DNA from: Lama glama
Taxonomy: Eukaryota
Assembly (NCBI GenBank): GCA_028534125.1
Contig: CM052817.1
Span: forward strand, 99,512,001 to 99,576,000
Direction of reading: 5' to 3'
DNA: 64,000 nt
Position 1 is the stretch's first letter. Every line of letters begins with the position of its first letter. The position numbers were made by a program, and so were the translations under genes. Below, one piece after another: positions 25,623-38,646 of the stretch. Below the pieces are notes generated by a model. It saw only the letters and a program-made list of their open reading frames with translations, was not told the DNA's origin and did not search any database.

Positions 25623-26274
25623 TAGAGTGCATGGTGCTGTGGTGCGTGTGATCGAAGATGTTATGTTTTAATGTCAGGAGGGTGCTTGCTGTGCAGTTGA
25701 GGTTTAGATTTCAAGTTCTTGATGTTTTCTTGCTGTTACTGAGTGGACTCTGGGATTGACACTCTTGGACTTGAGCAACAGCAGTGAAGCTGTTTAAATT
25801 GAGTTCTAGCTTTAGTATTGGGTTATCAGCGAAGCTTTTTTGCTGCATGGATTAGTGGCTGGTTGAAGAACGTCTCGGTGCAGGTTTGCAGTTTTAGCTT
25901 TGCCTGCAGAATACCTCTGGACCTCAAAATCTAGAGAATTTTATAGGGAAAGCATGGATTGGGTTAGTTTTGATTATTGTGCTACAATAGGAGTAATAGA
26001 GCCTCTGGTGTGAGATTGAAGTCTTGGCTCCTTTTCCCAATTATGTTCTCTTTGGAAAGTAACTTAAAGCTTGCTAAGCCCTGGTTTCTTTACCTGTAAA
26101 ATGTAGGTAAGAGTATTACTCATGGAGTTAAGAGGATGAAATAAAAGATTCATGTAAACATGCTTAGTACAGTACTTGATACAAAAAGCATTTAGTACAT
26201 GTTAGTATTACTGCAGGAAATACTTGGTTTAGATGTTTCTGACTAACCATCGAGTTTGGGGGTGTTTTGTATGT

Positions 26275-26353
26275 GGGAATGAATGATGACAGAATGTTTC
26301 GGTCCCAAATGATACATACTGATTGTACCGTTACATTTATTTCTGACATTCCC
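26275..26353 (+). ncRNA. SNORD73B: C/D box snoRNA U73b in RPS3A intron 3
   Basis: Terminal stem GGGAATG/CATTCCC; C box ATGATGA 26283-26289; guide TGTTTCGGTCCCAA; D' ATGA 26309-26312; D box CTGA 26343-26346; known host intron. Confidence 0.9.
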
Positions 26354-27038
26354 CTAAGGTTTTATAGTTGCATTTCTGGAAATATTTTAAGGCCCTTTCA
26401 CTATAATTGTATTATATTCATTTCTTAAGCTAAGGTATAAAATTTACAAAATGCAAAGATGGCGTTTCAATTTTTGTTGCTACAGATAGTTTCGGTTTTT
26501 GAATTTAGGTAGTAAGAAGATTAATTAGGGATTTCTAAAAATTGTACTTTAGCTGTGAAATTGAATATTTAATCCTCAGCATGGCTTTAGTATTTCAACT
26601 ACTTAGAACACCTTTTTCTAAAAAGATGGAATAGGTGTATATGCCAAAATGAGCGTCTCTTAGAACCTATTTTTATTTCATCTTTCACAGTTAAGGGATT
26701 GGGGGAGGAGCAGGTCGGCATGTGTCTGTATAAGGCATGTATATGTAAAAGGGTGGGAGCTATTGAGATAGGGATAGGAATAGAGAAGTCACCCAGAGAG
26801 GAGGGAAGACTGCTGAGAGGTCTCAGTATTTATTTAGATATGACAGATAGTAAGAATTTGGGATAGCTTGGTGAGTTCACTTCAAGGAGGCAAATGCTGT
26901 AAATAGTCATTTATATGATCATCCTTAATACTGTGTATTGACTACTTGACCTTCCAGCCTATTTTTAAATTAGAATTTGAGGGATAAAGTTGATAACATT
27001 AAATCCTGGTATACCTGGCAGTATCTTTTTTTCACTAG

Positions 27039-27248
<210 letters not shown>

Positions 27249-27498
27249 TAAGTAATGCAACCCTCAGATGAGAGAAAGCATATGAGACAAAGTGAGGTCA
27301 GACTCGTGTTTAAATTGTCTGTGAAACCATCTAGCTGCATCTCTTGAAATGAAAGCATGTTAAATGTTCAGTTATTTGATGGTTTATCTTTTTTTTAGAT
27401 GAAGCTCTCCTGGAACTTAGTGCGACTTGAAGCGCCTTGTTTTTGCCTTAATTAGAAAAAATACACTGAATAGATAAACCCTTCACGATTAGTAATGT

Positions 27499-27580
27499 AT
27501 GGGAATAAGTGATGACAAAATGTTTCGGTCCCAGATGATGTCTGATGATAAAACTGTTAACATTTTTCTGATGTTCCCAT
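27499..27580 (+). ncRNA. SNORD73A: C/D box snoRNA U73a in RPS3A intron 4
   Basis: Stem ATGGGAATA/TGTTCCCAT; C box GTGATGA 27509-27515; guide TGTTTCGGTCCCAG; D' ATGA; D box CTGA 27568-27571. Confidence 0.92.
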
Positions 27581-27684
27581 GCAGTTGGCTAAGATGGGTG
27601 TAATGGAAAAGCCATAAGGCTTGGTCTCAGAAGTCTCAAGTGATAATTTTGTTACTGACTAGCTGTATAATTCAGATCATTTAA

Positions 27685-27837
<153 letters not shown>

Positions 27838-27923
27838 TGAGAGGTCATGGGGTTCCTGAAAGAAAAAATTGTGTGTACGAACACACTGGTCCTTTTTTTC
27901 CCTGTCATGCTACATAGGATTGA

Positions 27924-28103
<180 letters not shown>

Positions 28104-28126
28104 AATGCAGACTTTTAATGGTGACA

Positions 28127-28132
28127 AATAAA
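28127..28132 (+). terminator. RPS3A polyadenylation signal
   Basis: AATAAA 24 nt after the stop codon, followed by a T/GT-rich tract. Confidence 0.85.
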
Positions 28133-28699
28133 AGATTTTATTTGTGATGTTTTATTTCTGACAATTCTCTTTTGATCATCTGACAGTTTGTGGAATCAAA
28201 TGTCTGATTCAAAGGTAACATGACCTTTTCTGACCTTTTGTGTGGATTTTATTCATTGCTTGGGTTACTCAGTAGCTGAGGAAAATGTAATGATCTATTT
28301 TAAGCTAGAATGATCTGGAAGTGTTATAGATGGTTAATAAAAGGAAACCCTTTTTTTTTTTTAACATGGCTTAAGTTTTTAAGGTGGTTCTCAAGTCATT
28401 TGGAAGGATTATTTAAGTGTTGCAGGGGCCTGCCCCCAGTTTCCAATTTAATAGTTCTAGGGTGGGGTGTGAAATTTTTAAAACAAATTTGCAGGTGATG
28501 CTGACGGCCACGGACCATACTTTGTGAACCAGTGTATTAGACTGTAATGGAAAGGGAAGAGCTCATTGGCATTTTAAGTTTTTGTTTCTTTGTGTGTGTA
28601 AAAACTGTGCTGTCTTTTTTCCTCTTGCTGTTAATATCCCACTGTACACCTTCATGGTCAAGCTGAACTTGACAGAGAAAGAGAAATGGGTTATTGGTC

Positions 28700-30130
28700 T
28701 CCTATTAAGTGGGCATTTAATGCTGCCCACTCTCCAGTGTTTGCTCCTAGTCACCCACCCATTCTGTTTTATATCCCCTCTACCCTGAGAACTTTTCTCA
28801 TGCCCAGGTCAGCTGATAACCTTATTTCTTGAGAAAGGATGAGAAGAGAACATCACATTCCTGTTATTTTCACACTGCCATCTGCTTGTGTCCATATTTT
28901 CTGCCTTTTCTTCTTGTCGCTGGGACAATGATCGTCAGCTCCCTTCTCTTGGCTTGTCAAGTTCTTGGGTCCATCAACTCTCACCTTTGTCAGTTTTCTT
29001 CCACCAGTCCCATCAAGCATACAGGCATCCTCTATCTTTCTAGGTATCACTGACTCAACCCCCCTAGAAGATTTAACCATATTTCTCATATTTACTTTTC
29101 TTGAACCTGTTGCAGTTGGGCTTTTTTTCCTCCCACACCACTCTAAGGAGTCTTGCTATCAGAACTGCCAGATTTGCTGTGTTGAGTGGTTCTTTCTTGG
29201 CCTTCATTTTATGTGACCTCTACTAGTGCCATTTGACAGTGGATTTTCTCCTGTTTTTACCTGTCTTCTGGAATTTAACCTCAAAGTTCCTCTCACATTG
29301 AATTTAACCTCAAACTGTCCTTCACTAGTTCGTTTGAGGCCTTAGTGTTGGAGAGCCCTAGGGCTTAGTCCTTGAACATTTACCAATACTCGATACTATT
29401 TAATTTCTTGGTTTTAAATAAACTGACTTCCAGATTCTTACTTCTCTAGTCTATACCTTTGAACTCCAGGTTTCCTTGTCCAACTGCCTGCTCGGTATCT
29501 TCATTAGATACCATAGGCATGTAACATGTCTAAAATAGTATTCCCAAATGCAACAATTTTACCCACCCTTCTATTTTAGACCAAAATCCTCTGTAGTCAT
29601 CCTTGACCACAGTTCATTCAAAATACGTCTGGAATTTAACCATTTCTTACTACTGCAGCTGCTGTCACTTTGGAGCAAGTCATTACCACCTGGATTGTTG
29701 TTACCTTCATGGTCTCTCTTTGTCATGTCCCCCCCCTCCTTGTGGAAGTTTATTATAGATGATCAGTTCACCCAAAAAGTCCCATGTGATCTTGCCTCTG
29801 ACCTGTAACTACCACTTCCTTACTCTTAGCCAGACTGTCCTCGCTGTCCCTGGATAAGCTAGGTACATTCTTACCTGAGCGCTTTGGCACTTGTTTCCCT
29901 GTGCTTGGAATACTCTTCACTTGGATGGCCAGAGCTTCTCTTCTACCTTAAGTCAGTAGACCTTGCTGATGGTTCATCCTATTAAAAACCCTACCTTTCA
30001 GTTTTTTTTCTCTCCCTATAGTTTGACTTTTGGCTACTAGAGAAATTCCATGACGATAGTTTTTTGTTTTGGTCGGGTTCACTGCTAAACCCTCCAGTGC
30101 CTTGAAGTTCAATATTTGTTGAATAACGGA
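28700..30130. mobile_element. Degenerate L2-like fragments
   Basis: Pyrimidine-rich stretch with L2-like motifs (ccaactgcctgctcggtatctt, gtcatccttgac, caatatttgttgaata); boundaries approximate. Confidence 0.55.
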
Positions 30131-32749
30131 GTGAAATATTAAGAATTATCAAAATGACAAATACAAAATGCTTCACTTCCCACAATGAAGCAAATGTTTT
30201 CCCCATAAACAGTATTGTAGATTTGGGTCTCAAATAATAGGCTTGCTTTCTAAGGTGGAAGTTGGGTCTATAGAGTGGTCACTGAGGGTGGGGACCAGGA
30301 ATTAAGTTACATAAGTGGTGATTTTCTTGATGCTCAACATCATTTGGTGAGATGATTTTGCTAGTCAAGCTCTAATCTGCTACATCTCTGAGTCGGGCTT
30401 GGTATGGTTCTCTTAGAAGGGCTCATTTGATAACACTTCCAAAGAGAATGTTTAAGTTTTAAAAAATGGTTTGGCCTGTTTGATGATAGATTCAATCAAG
30501 TTACCTTCCCGTAGGCCAACTCAAAGGTGGTTAACATCCATCTAATAAATACTATAAAGGGCAATTCTAAGTTCCCCAAGTATCTTACATACTTAACATA
30601 GATACTAAGTATTCACAGATAGCCTTTCTCTAAATTCCTGGAACAAGTTTACCTTGATCTTTCATAAGAAAACTTTTTTTAATCAGGGATACAACTTTTG
30701 AATCTTTGAAATGAATTACTGAAGATGAAGACATTTATGTTAAAGCATGACTGAAGCAGGTAGCAAAACTTAACTTGAAACTGGCTTTTGCGTCTAGAAT
30801 GTGCATGAAGCAGCACCACTAGTTGACTTGAAGAGTGATGTGAAAAGGAGAAAGGACTGCTGGGAAGAGTACCCTAGACTGGGTGGGTGGGCCTGATGTG
30901 ATCGTGCAAGTTCTTAAGTGTGGGAGTGTGAGAAGAGGAGGCTGGGGTAATGTAATGTGAGGAGGACTGCCCAACGTTGCTAGCTTTGAGGACGAAAGGG
31001 CCACGGGCAGAGGGAAGTGACAGGCGTCTAAAAGCTGGAAAAGGTGAGAAAGTTCTCAGTGACAACATTGGCTGACAGAATATACATACCATCATTATCC
31101 CACATTATATGCATGAGTCTCTACCACCACCACCAATATGATTAGTGAGAACAGTTTAAAATTTTTTTGGCATATGGCCAACTAAGTTATTACAGTACTG
31201 TGTTTAGATGGCTTGAGCACATGGCCAAACTTAATACTCACCCTCTCAGCCCTTGCGTAGTCTCACTGCTACAGGTGTGTGCGCTTAATGCTCACTTCCA
31301 GCCCTTAAGCTGATTGCTTTCCAGTTATTCTGGTTGAAGCTTGTTCTCTGGTTGATTCCTCAGGAAGTTCTCGTGGCAAGATACTTTCTGAATTCTTCTA
31401 TGTTGAATACAGTTTGTCATTTTCTTTATACCTGAAAGTCACTTTTATTGGATCTAAAATCCTCAACTCTTGAGTATCTTAAACATACTGCTGTTTTCTG
31501 GCATAAAGCATTGCTAATGAAAGTCTGGTGATAATCTAATTTTCTTTCCCTCACAAGTCACTTTCTGGTTTTGGCTAGAAGCCCAAGAATTTTTTTCTGT
31601 TTCTTTAAAATCCATTAACTTTATAAAATGTGTCTTGGTAATAGTTTGAATAGTCTCAGATACGCAGTACAGGCAGACCTGTTAGTTGGCAAGTCAGAAT
31701 CCTCAGTCTTGACAGGCCTTGACTGGTTTTGTCACACCTCTACCAACAGAGGTGTTTGGTCAACTCCAGTAAAATTCAGGGGCCTGCTCACCACGTGCAG
31801 CTCCTTGGGACTGTGTGGGTGGGTTCACAATGGTTAATCTCTAGCAATCAAGGAAAAACAGCCACCTCTTTGCTCTTTGACCTGCCTCCAACCGAAAGGA
31901 AGCCTGACTCCCTGTTGGATGCTTTGGGTGCTGGAGACAGTATATCTCTTAGTAAAGAGACCTTCCTGGTCAAGTAAAAATAGTGTTTTCTGAAATGCAC
32001 CAGCTTCAGCAACTCTTGAAATACCATGTCTCCCACCCCATTACCTGAAGCATAGCTGCTGCCTCAAAGGGACCCTAGCTTTCTCATGCACGCCAGACTG
32101 TGAGTCCTGCCAAAAGTTGGTCCATTTGCCCTGAGGTAGCTGGGGCCATCATCACACTGACTACTGACTGACTACATCAGTCCTTTGGTCACCTCTCAGG
32201 GCGGCTGATGGTGCCTCAGCACTGTGGACACATTTTTAGGTTATGATGTTGCTGTTCTAGGCCCATCAACTGACTTCAGCCACACAATTAAAGCCCTTGA
32301 AACTAATGTACCATATGTACATGTCTTTAGTTTTCCAGACCACTTGCAGTCTTGCAATGGGGCACTTTGTCACCAGGGCACCTGGCAGTGAGCCAATAGT
32401 GAGTATTTGGTGGCTATTTCACAGCTGCCTACCATCCACAGACATCTAGCACTGCTGAGCACTAAAAAGGTTTCTGACTATCACTCTCACCTCTTCCTGT
32501 TCTACAGACCTGACTAAGGTAGGTGGGTCACAGAATATGGCAGTCCCCAAAAAAGGATCATCTCGGCTGCCTCCTGGGTGGTAATCAGGACAAAAGGTTA
32601 GGTGAAAGCAGGGATAACTGAAGAAAAGGTGAAATCTACAAATTCTGTGGCAGCAGAGGGAAGACAAAAAGCCTGGCACCTGGGAACTAAACAACTTAGA
32701 TCCCAGGAGGGAAGGAAGTATTAATGACTGCACTCTTCCCCTACGTCAC

Positions 32750-32960
32750 CATATCTCAGCCTCAGGACTACTGATATTTTACGCTGGATAATTCATAGCT
32801 GTGAGGGACTGTCCTGTTCACTGTGGGATATTTAGCAGAACCGCTGGCCTCTACCCACCAGATGCCAGTAGCACCTTTCCCAAGTTGTGACAAGTAAAAA
32901 TGTCCAGACATTGCCCAATGTCCCCTGTGGGGCAAAATTTCCCCCAGTTGAGAACCACCA
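32750..32960. mobile_element. MER20-like hAT DNA transposon relic
   Basis: ggcctctacccaccagatgccagtagcacc...aaaaatgtccagacattgcccaatgtcccctg...cccagttgagaaccac. Confidence 0.8.
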
Positions 32961-33174
32961 CCCTGATCCAAAACTGCTACCTGAATCAACTGGCAGCTGC
33001 AGTTAACAGTCTGACTTGCTACTGGCTTTGTCATCTCTGTCATGTGCTATGAAAACAAGGAAACTCACGTAGACATGGTCGGTCTGGTGCCATCAATAGC
33101 TCTCAAATGCAAACGTGTACAAATGTACAGAATCACAGAACAACACTATTCAATCTGGCTGAACACATGCTTTT

Positions 33175-35120
33175 TTAAGAAAATTGAAATATAGTTGATA
33201 TGCTAGTTTCAGATGTTTTACATAGTGATTTGACATTTGCATACATTATGAAGTGATCACCATGATAAGTCTAGTAACCATCTGTCTCCAAAGTTATTAT
33301 AATATTATTGGCCATATTCCTTATGCTGTATATTACATCCTCATGGCTTATTTGCCTTATAACTGGAGGTATGTACCCTTTACCCCCTTCACCTATTCTG
33401 CACCCTCCCCATCCCCATCCCTCTGGCAACCACAGAGTTTGTTCTCTGTATCTATAAGTCTGTTTTTGTTGTTTGTTTTGTTTCTTAGATTCCACTTATA
33501 AGTGAGATCGTATATTTATCTCTGACTTATTTCCCTTAGCATAATACCCTCCAGATCTATGTTGCAAATGGCAAGATTTTACTTATGGCTGAGTAATATT
33601 CCATTGTTATGTATATACATCTTTAGCCATTCATCTATTGATGGACACTTACGTTGCTTCCCTATCTTAGTTACTGTAAAAATGCTGCAGTGAACACTGG
33701 TGTGCATGTATCTTTTCAAATTAGTAATACCCAGAAGTGAAACTGCTGGGTCATATGACAGGTCTATTTTCAAATTTTGAGGAAACTCCATACTGTTTCC
33801 AAAGTGCCCACATCAATTTACAATCCCACCAGCAATGTATGAAGGTTCTCTTCTCTCCACATCCCCAATACTTGTTATTTGTTGTCTTTTTGATGATAGC
33901 CATTATGACAGATGTGAGGTGGTATCTTATTATGGTTTTGATATGTACTTCCCTGGTAATTAGCAATGTTAAACATCTTTTCATGTGTCTGTTGGCCATC
34001 TGTATGTCTTCTTTGTAAAAATGTCTATTCAGATCCTCTGTCCATTAAAAAATGTTTTTTTGATGGTGAATTGTATGAGTTATATGTGTATTTTGGATAT
34101 TAACCCATTATCAAATATACTATTTGCAAATGTCTTCTATTCAGTAGGCTGCCTTTTTGTTTTGTTGATGGTTTCCTTTGCTGTGCAAAAGTTTTCTTCT
34201 TCTTCTTCTTTTTTTTTTTTTTTAGTTTGATGTAGTCCCATTTATTTTTGCTTTTGTTACCCTTGCCTGAGGAGACAGATCCAAAAAAATATAGCTAAGA
34301 TCAGTGTCAAAGAGTATACTGCCTATATTTTCTTCTAGGACTTTTATGGTTTCAGGTCTTACATTTAGATCTTTCACCCATTTTGAATTTATTTTTGTAT
34401 ATGGTGTGAGAAAGTAGTCCAGTTTGATTCTTTTGCATGCAGCTGTCCATTTTCCCCATTACCATTCACTGAAGATACTGTATTTTCCTCATTGTATAGT
34501 CATGCCTACTTTGTCATAGATTAATTGAGCACATAAATGTGGATTTATTTCTGGGTTCTCTATTTTATTCCATTGATCTATATGCCTGTTTTTTTGTGCC
34601 ACTAACATACTTTTTTGATGACTGTAGCTTTCTAATACAGTTTGAAATCAGGGAGTGTGATACCTCCAGCTTTGTGTGTTCTTTCTTTAGATTGTTTTGA
34701 TTATTCAGGGTTTTTTGTGTTTCCATACAAATTTTAGAATTATTTGTCCTAGCTCTGTGAAAAATGCCTTTGGTATTTTGATAAGAGATTGCAGTGAATC
34801 TGTAGATTGTCTTGAGTTGTACAGTCATTTTAATAGTATGAATTCTTCCAATCCATGGGCATGGTCTATGTTTAAACTTGTGTTGTCAATTTGTTTCATC
34901 AATGTCTTAGGATTTTCATAGTATAAGTCTTCTACCTCTTTGGTTAGATTTATTCTTGGGTATTTTATTCTTTTTGATGCAATTGTAAATGGGATTGTTT
35001 TCTTAATTTCTCTTCCTGATAGTTATTATTATTAGTGTATAGAAATGCAACAGATTTCTGTATATTAATTTTGTATCCTGCAACTTTACTGAATTCATTT
35101 ATTAGTTCTAACAACTTTTT
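33175..35120 (-). mobile_element. LINE-1 3' portion (ORF2 C-terminus and 3' UTR), degenerate
   Basis: Minus ORFs give [26 protein letters not shown] and [17 protein letters not shown], characteristic of L1 ORF2. Confidence 0.9.
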
Positions 35121-36817
35121 TATTAGACTCCAAAATAGTAATAAAATACAATGTTTTGTGCTATATGTGTATGAATACCTAGGTTTAAGATTGCTTTTCT
35201 GTTGCCAAGAGCACAGCCCTAGATACACCTTTTCAAGATCTGATGTTTCAAGCATTCAAATATTTCATACTAAACAGAAAAAGGAATCCCCATCATTGGC
35301 GCAGTCCATGTTTGAGTTTCTAGAAAACATCAATATAAACAGCCTACATAAAACTGAGAAGGTAGGCATGTATCGTCTTTTCTTGAAATAAATAAATTCA
35401 GGACTTTATCCTCTGCAACTCGTTCTAACCGTAAGTATTATATCTAAGAAATTACAATTTTTACAGGCCAATAAAGCAAATCAATTCTACTTAACTGCTG
35501 AAGAGAAATGTATCACTTTAGCACAACAAAGAGAAGTACTGAACTGGGAATCAGCAGAGCTGGGTCTTTTGCTTTAGGCTCTGCCATACCTGCATGACCT
35601 CAGGCAAACCATTCAACCTCTGCAGGTTGATCTTCGATCCATAGGCTTTCTGTGGTTTAACAGGATGAGACTGCAGTTAGGTGAAACGCCCCTAGATGGT
35701 GGTGGTGTTCTGAGTTAGGCTTTGTATTTTTTCCCTTCTATAATTACAGTGAAGTAAAAAGGAGTAGGTTAGAAAATTATTTCCTATTAAGTTCTGAAAA
35801 AAATCACTGTTAAGGATTCATTTAATGGCATTCAAAAATGACACCGAATTATGAATCATATGGTCCATGTACTTTTGACATTAATTAAAAGGACTAAACT
35901 ATTAATGATTATATCAAATATCCCCTGATAATTAGCCTGTATATCACTATTTCTCTAGGTATATTCATCTAAGCTTAAGAAGCTGAATAAAAACTAAACA
36001 ATTATTGTTAAGAGTACTGATATATAACAAATCATATAGAAAAATATATTTCATTTTTTCAAAAGCCAGTTCTAACAACAAATTTTGATAAATATACTGA
36101 TTTTTTTTTCATTATGTTTCAGACTGCATTCAAAATCTGTGACTTCCATGAGCTCAATGACAGATATATACATTACCCCTCCAGCCATATAAGCTAGGTC
36201 ATCTTTTAAAGAAATCTGCGGTCTTTCAGTGTTCAAAAGGGTAAGAATAATAACATTAAATGACTTCTCTAGTTTTAAGTCCATCAAAGAAAAAGGATTC
36301 AGAGAGTCTAGTTTGAGGAGGTTTGGATGAACAATACCAGATTTTCAACTAAAATTCCTGAAAGGAAAAAGAATACATTTCTATTTCTTCACTATGAAAC
36401 TCACTGAGTATAAAAATCATGTTCAGTCAATATACAGAAAAAGAAAGTACCCATGAAAACTTATGCTCTGCTACAGTTTTGACTTCTTGTCAGTTGACTA
36501 GGTAATACATGGCAAGCAAAAAAAAAAAAAATGCAGCACGATGGAGTGAAATACATAAAACTGCAAGTATTGTTTCAATAAAGATTTTTGTCAAATTAAA
36601 GAGGAGAGATATTGGATCACCTTGGATCCAAGATAGGATCGCTATTATGTGAAAGTTATCCATCCATCCATCCATCCATCCAACCAAACAACCAAACAAC
36701 CTTTACTGAGCCTATATGGTGCAAAGGGCTGGAGGCATAAAGGTAAGATACCATCTCCAGTCTCAAAAACCTCAGTCTAACACATTTGAGAAAAGGACTT
36801 TGAAAAGTTCAGTTCAG

Positions 36818-36823
36818 TTTATT
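36818..36823 (-). terminator. Probable SH3D19 polyadenylation signal
   Basis: AATAAA on the minus strand about 1.7 kb downstream of the SH3D19 stop, at the end of a repeat-poor UTR-like stretch. Confidence 0.55.
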
Positions 36824-38529
36824 ATCGTGTCAAGTAGATTTACAACTATTGCACTTATCATTCTGCTGACAGAGGCCAAAGTTTAAGAGGAATATTTTTC
36901 TCCAATAAAGCTACGTTTCATTATCTGTGATAAAAGATGTTAAAATTATACAGGCAAAGAAATACACCTCACATCCTATTCCAGACACTATGCCCCACTT
37001 CCTACCTTCCTGCTGCTGTACAAGCTTGCTGCAAATAGGAATTTAGTTGGGAATAATGCTTTAAGCCTTCCATTTCTCATGAAATTTACTCTTGAGTGAA
37101 ATTTGACAAGAGTTTTCTTTATACTGTCTTCCTTACCCAAAACATGGAGGAAAAACGGCTCCCATACTCCAAAATCAATTGTAACCATATACACATAAAT
37201 GGTTTCACGACTTGCTGCCTAAGTTTTTGGACAATGGAAACAACAACAAAAGCTAAAAAGTGGCCCAGCATATGAAACTCTTCTCAAAAATAGAAGAAAG
37301 TCATGAACATTGTTGGGAGAATGTTTTATATTTCCAATGAAATTCTATTCCATTGATCTGTTTGGAAGATTGTCTTCGATCTATTTGGCTTGAGCCCATA
37401 AACTATAATTGATTCAGTCTCACAAAGAACCACTTTTATCTTAAGCCTGGAATGCATAACAATGGATAGCAGGAAAGTGGTTTTTTATTTACTCCAGTAA
37501 CTGTGCAGGGATGGGGAAAAAAATACCCCCAAAAGTTATCAGCCTTCAGATTCTCAAATTATTTTTTGCTCTGATTATATTGAGAAGAATGAGCTGTGGG
37601 GGTTTGGCATTGTTTTCCATCTTAAGAGTTGCTCTGTATTCTGAAATATATGTGATTTATAATGTACCACTATAACAAGACACAGCTTTTATATATTACT
37701 GGGGTAACTCAAAGAAAATGAATTTTTCTTTGGGTACCAGTAATTGTCAAAAGAATGATTGCAGATTCAGTAAAGGTGCTTCATAACAACCCTGTTAACG
37801 TAAAGCATACACAGAGGAAAGAAGTAAGGACTGCAGGTATGTGGGAGGGTTAGTTGTATTAGCAAGGCATTTCAGGATGGTTTTGGTTCTTCTGACTAAG
37901 ACACATCAAATTTTAACCCCTTTCAAATCTGGGACAAAGGGGAAACACTTGGTAATAAAGAGCATCTGGTGACCACGAGCTGACTCACCACGTGTCACAA
38001 AGGCTCCCACTAGTCAATGAACTACCCGTCCTGAAGCAAGGCTTTGCCCCGGCAATAAGGATAATGTGCTCAAGCTGTTAGAATTAATTTGAATATCAAA
38101 AATGAAATTTAGATTACCAACCCTGGCCTGATAGTTACAGCACGTAGAATAATAAACATCCTCTTTTCAAACTAAAGTAATAAATGAAGAAGCAAGGTTA
38201 ATTTACTTGTGCAACTTTTGCTTGTAGTGTCCCCAGGCTGCCCCGTCACCAGACGCTCCCCCGGGGGAAGGGTCTGCCTGCCTTACTAGTCCTGCTGGAT
38301 GTTCTCGTTGGTAGAATACTGGCTCATGGGTTTCCATGTGCACGTTTCTACCGTGAATGAAAGCTAACTAAAAAAATCTAGATGTTTTCTGCTCTCAGAA
38401 AATTCTAGTATACCATGTACAGCATAGATATTTCTTTCAGTTTAAAAAAATAGTGCAAAAACATATCTGATAGTCAAAGTGATAGTTCAAGTGAGTTCTT
38501 GTGCCCAAGAACACAGTCACGCTTCACCT

Positions 38530-38646
38530 TTAGCTGACTTGTAAAAACTGAATGTAGGTTTTGGGAAATATTCCAGATCTTCCCATCAGTTCTCCACTCA
38601 TCCAATCATCATCTACAGATTCCAGATCTGTTATTATGTCTCCAGC
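38530..38646 (-). CDS. SH3D19: SH3D19 last coding exon (end of SH3 #5)
   Basis: AGDIITDLESVDDDWMSGELMGRSGIFPKTYIQFLQVS*; CAG acceptor. Confidence 0.95.
   Translation of the reverse strand, partial: AGDIITDLESVDDDWMSGELMGRSGIFPKTYIQFLQVS

Noticed and set aside
33579..35391. ORFs with reverse-transcriptase-protein-like peptides
   Set aside because: Fragmented L1 ORF2 relics, not an intact element or host gene.
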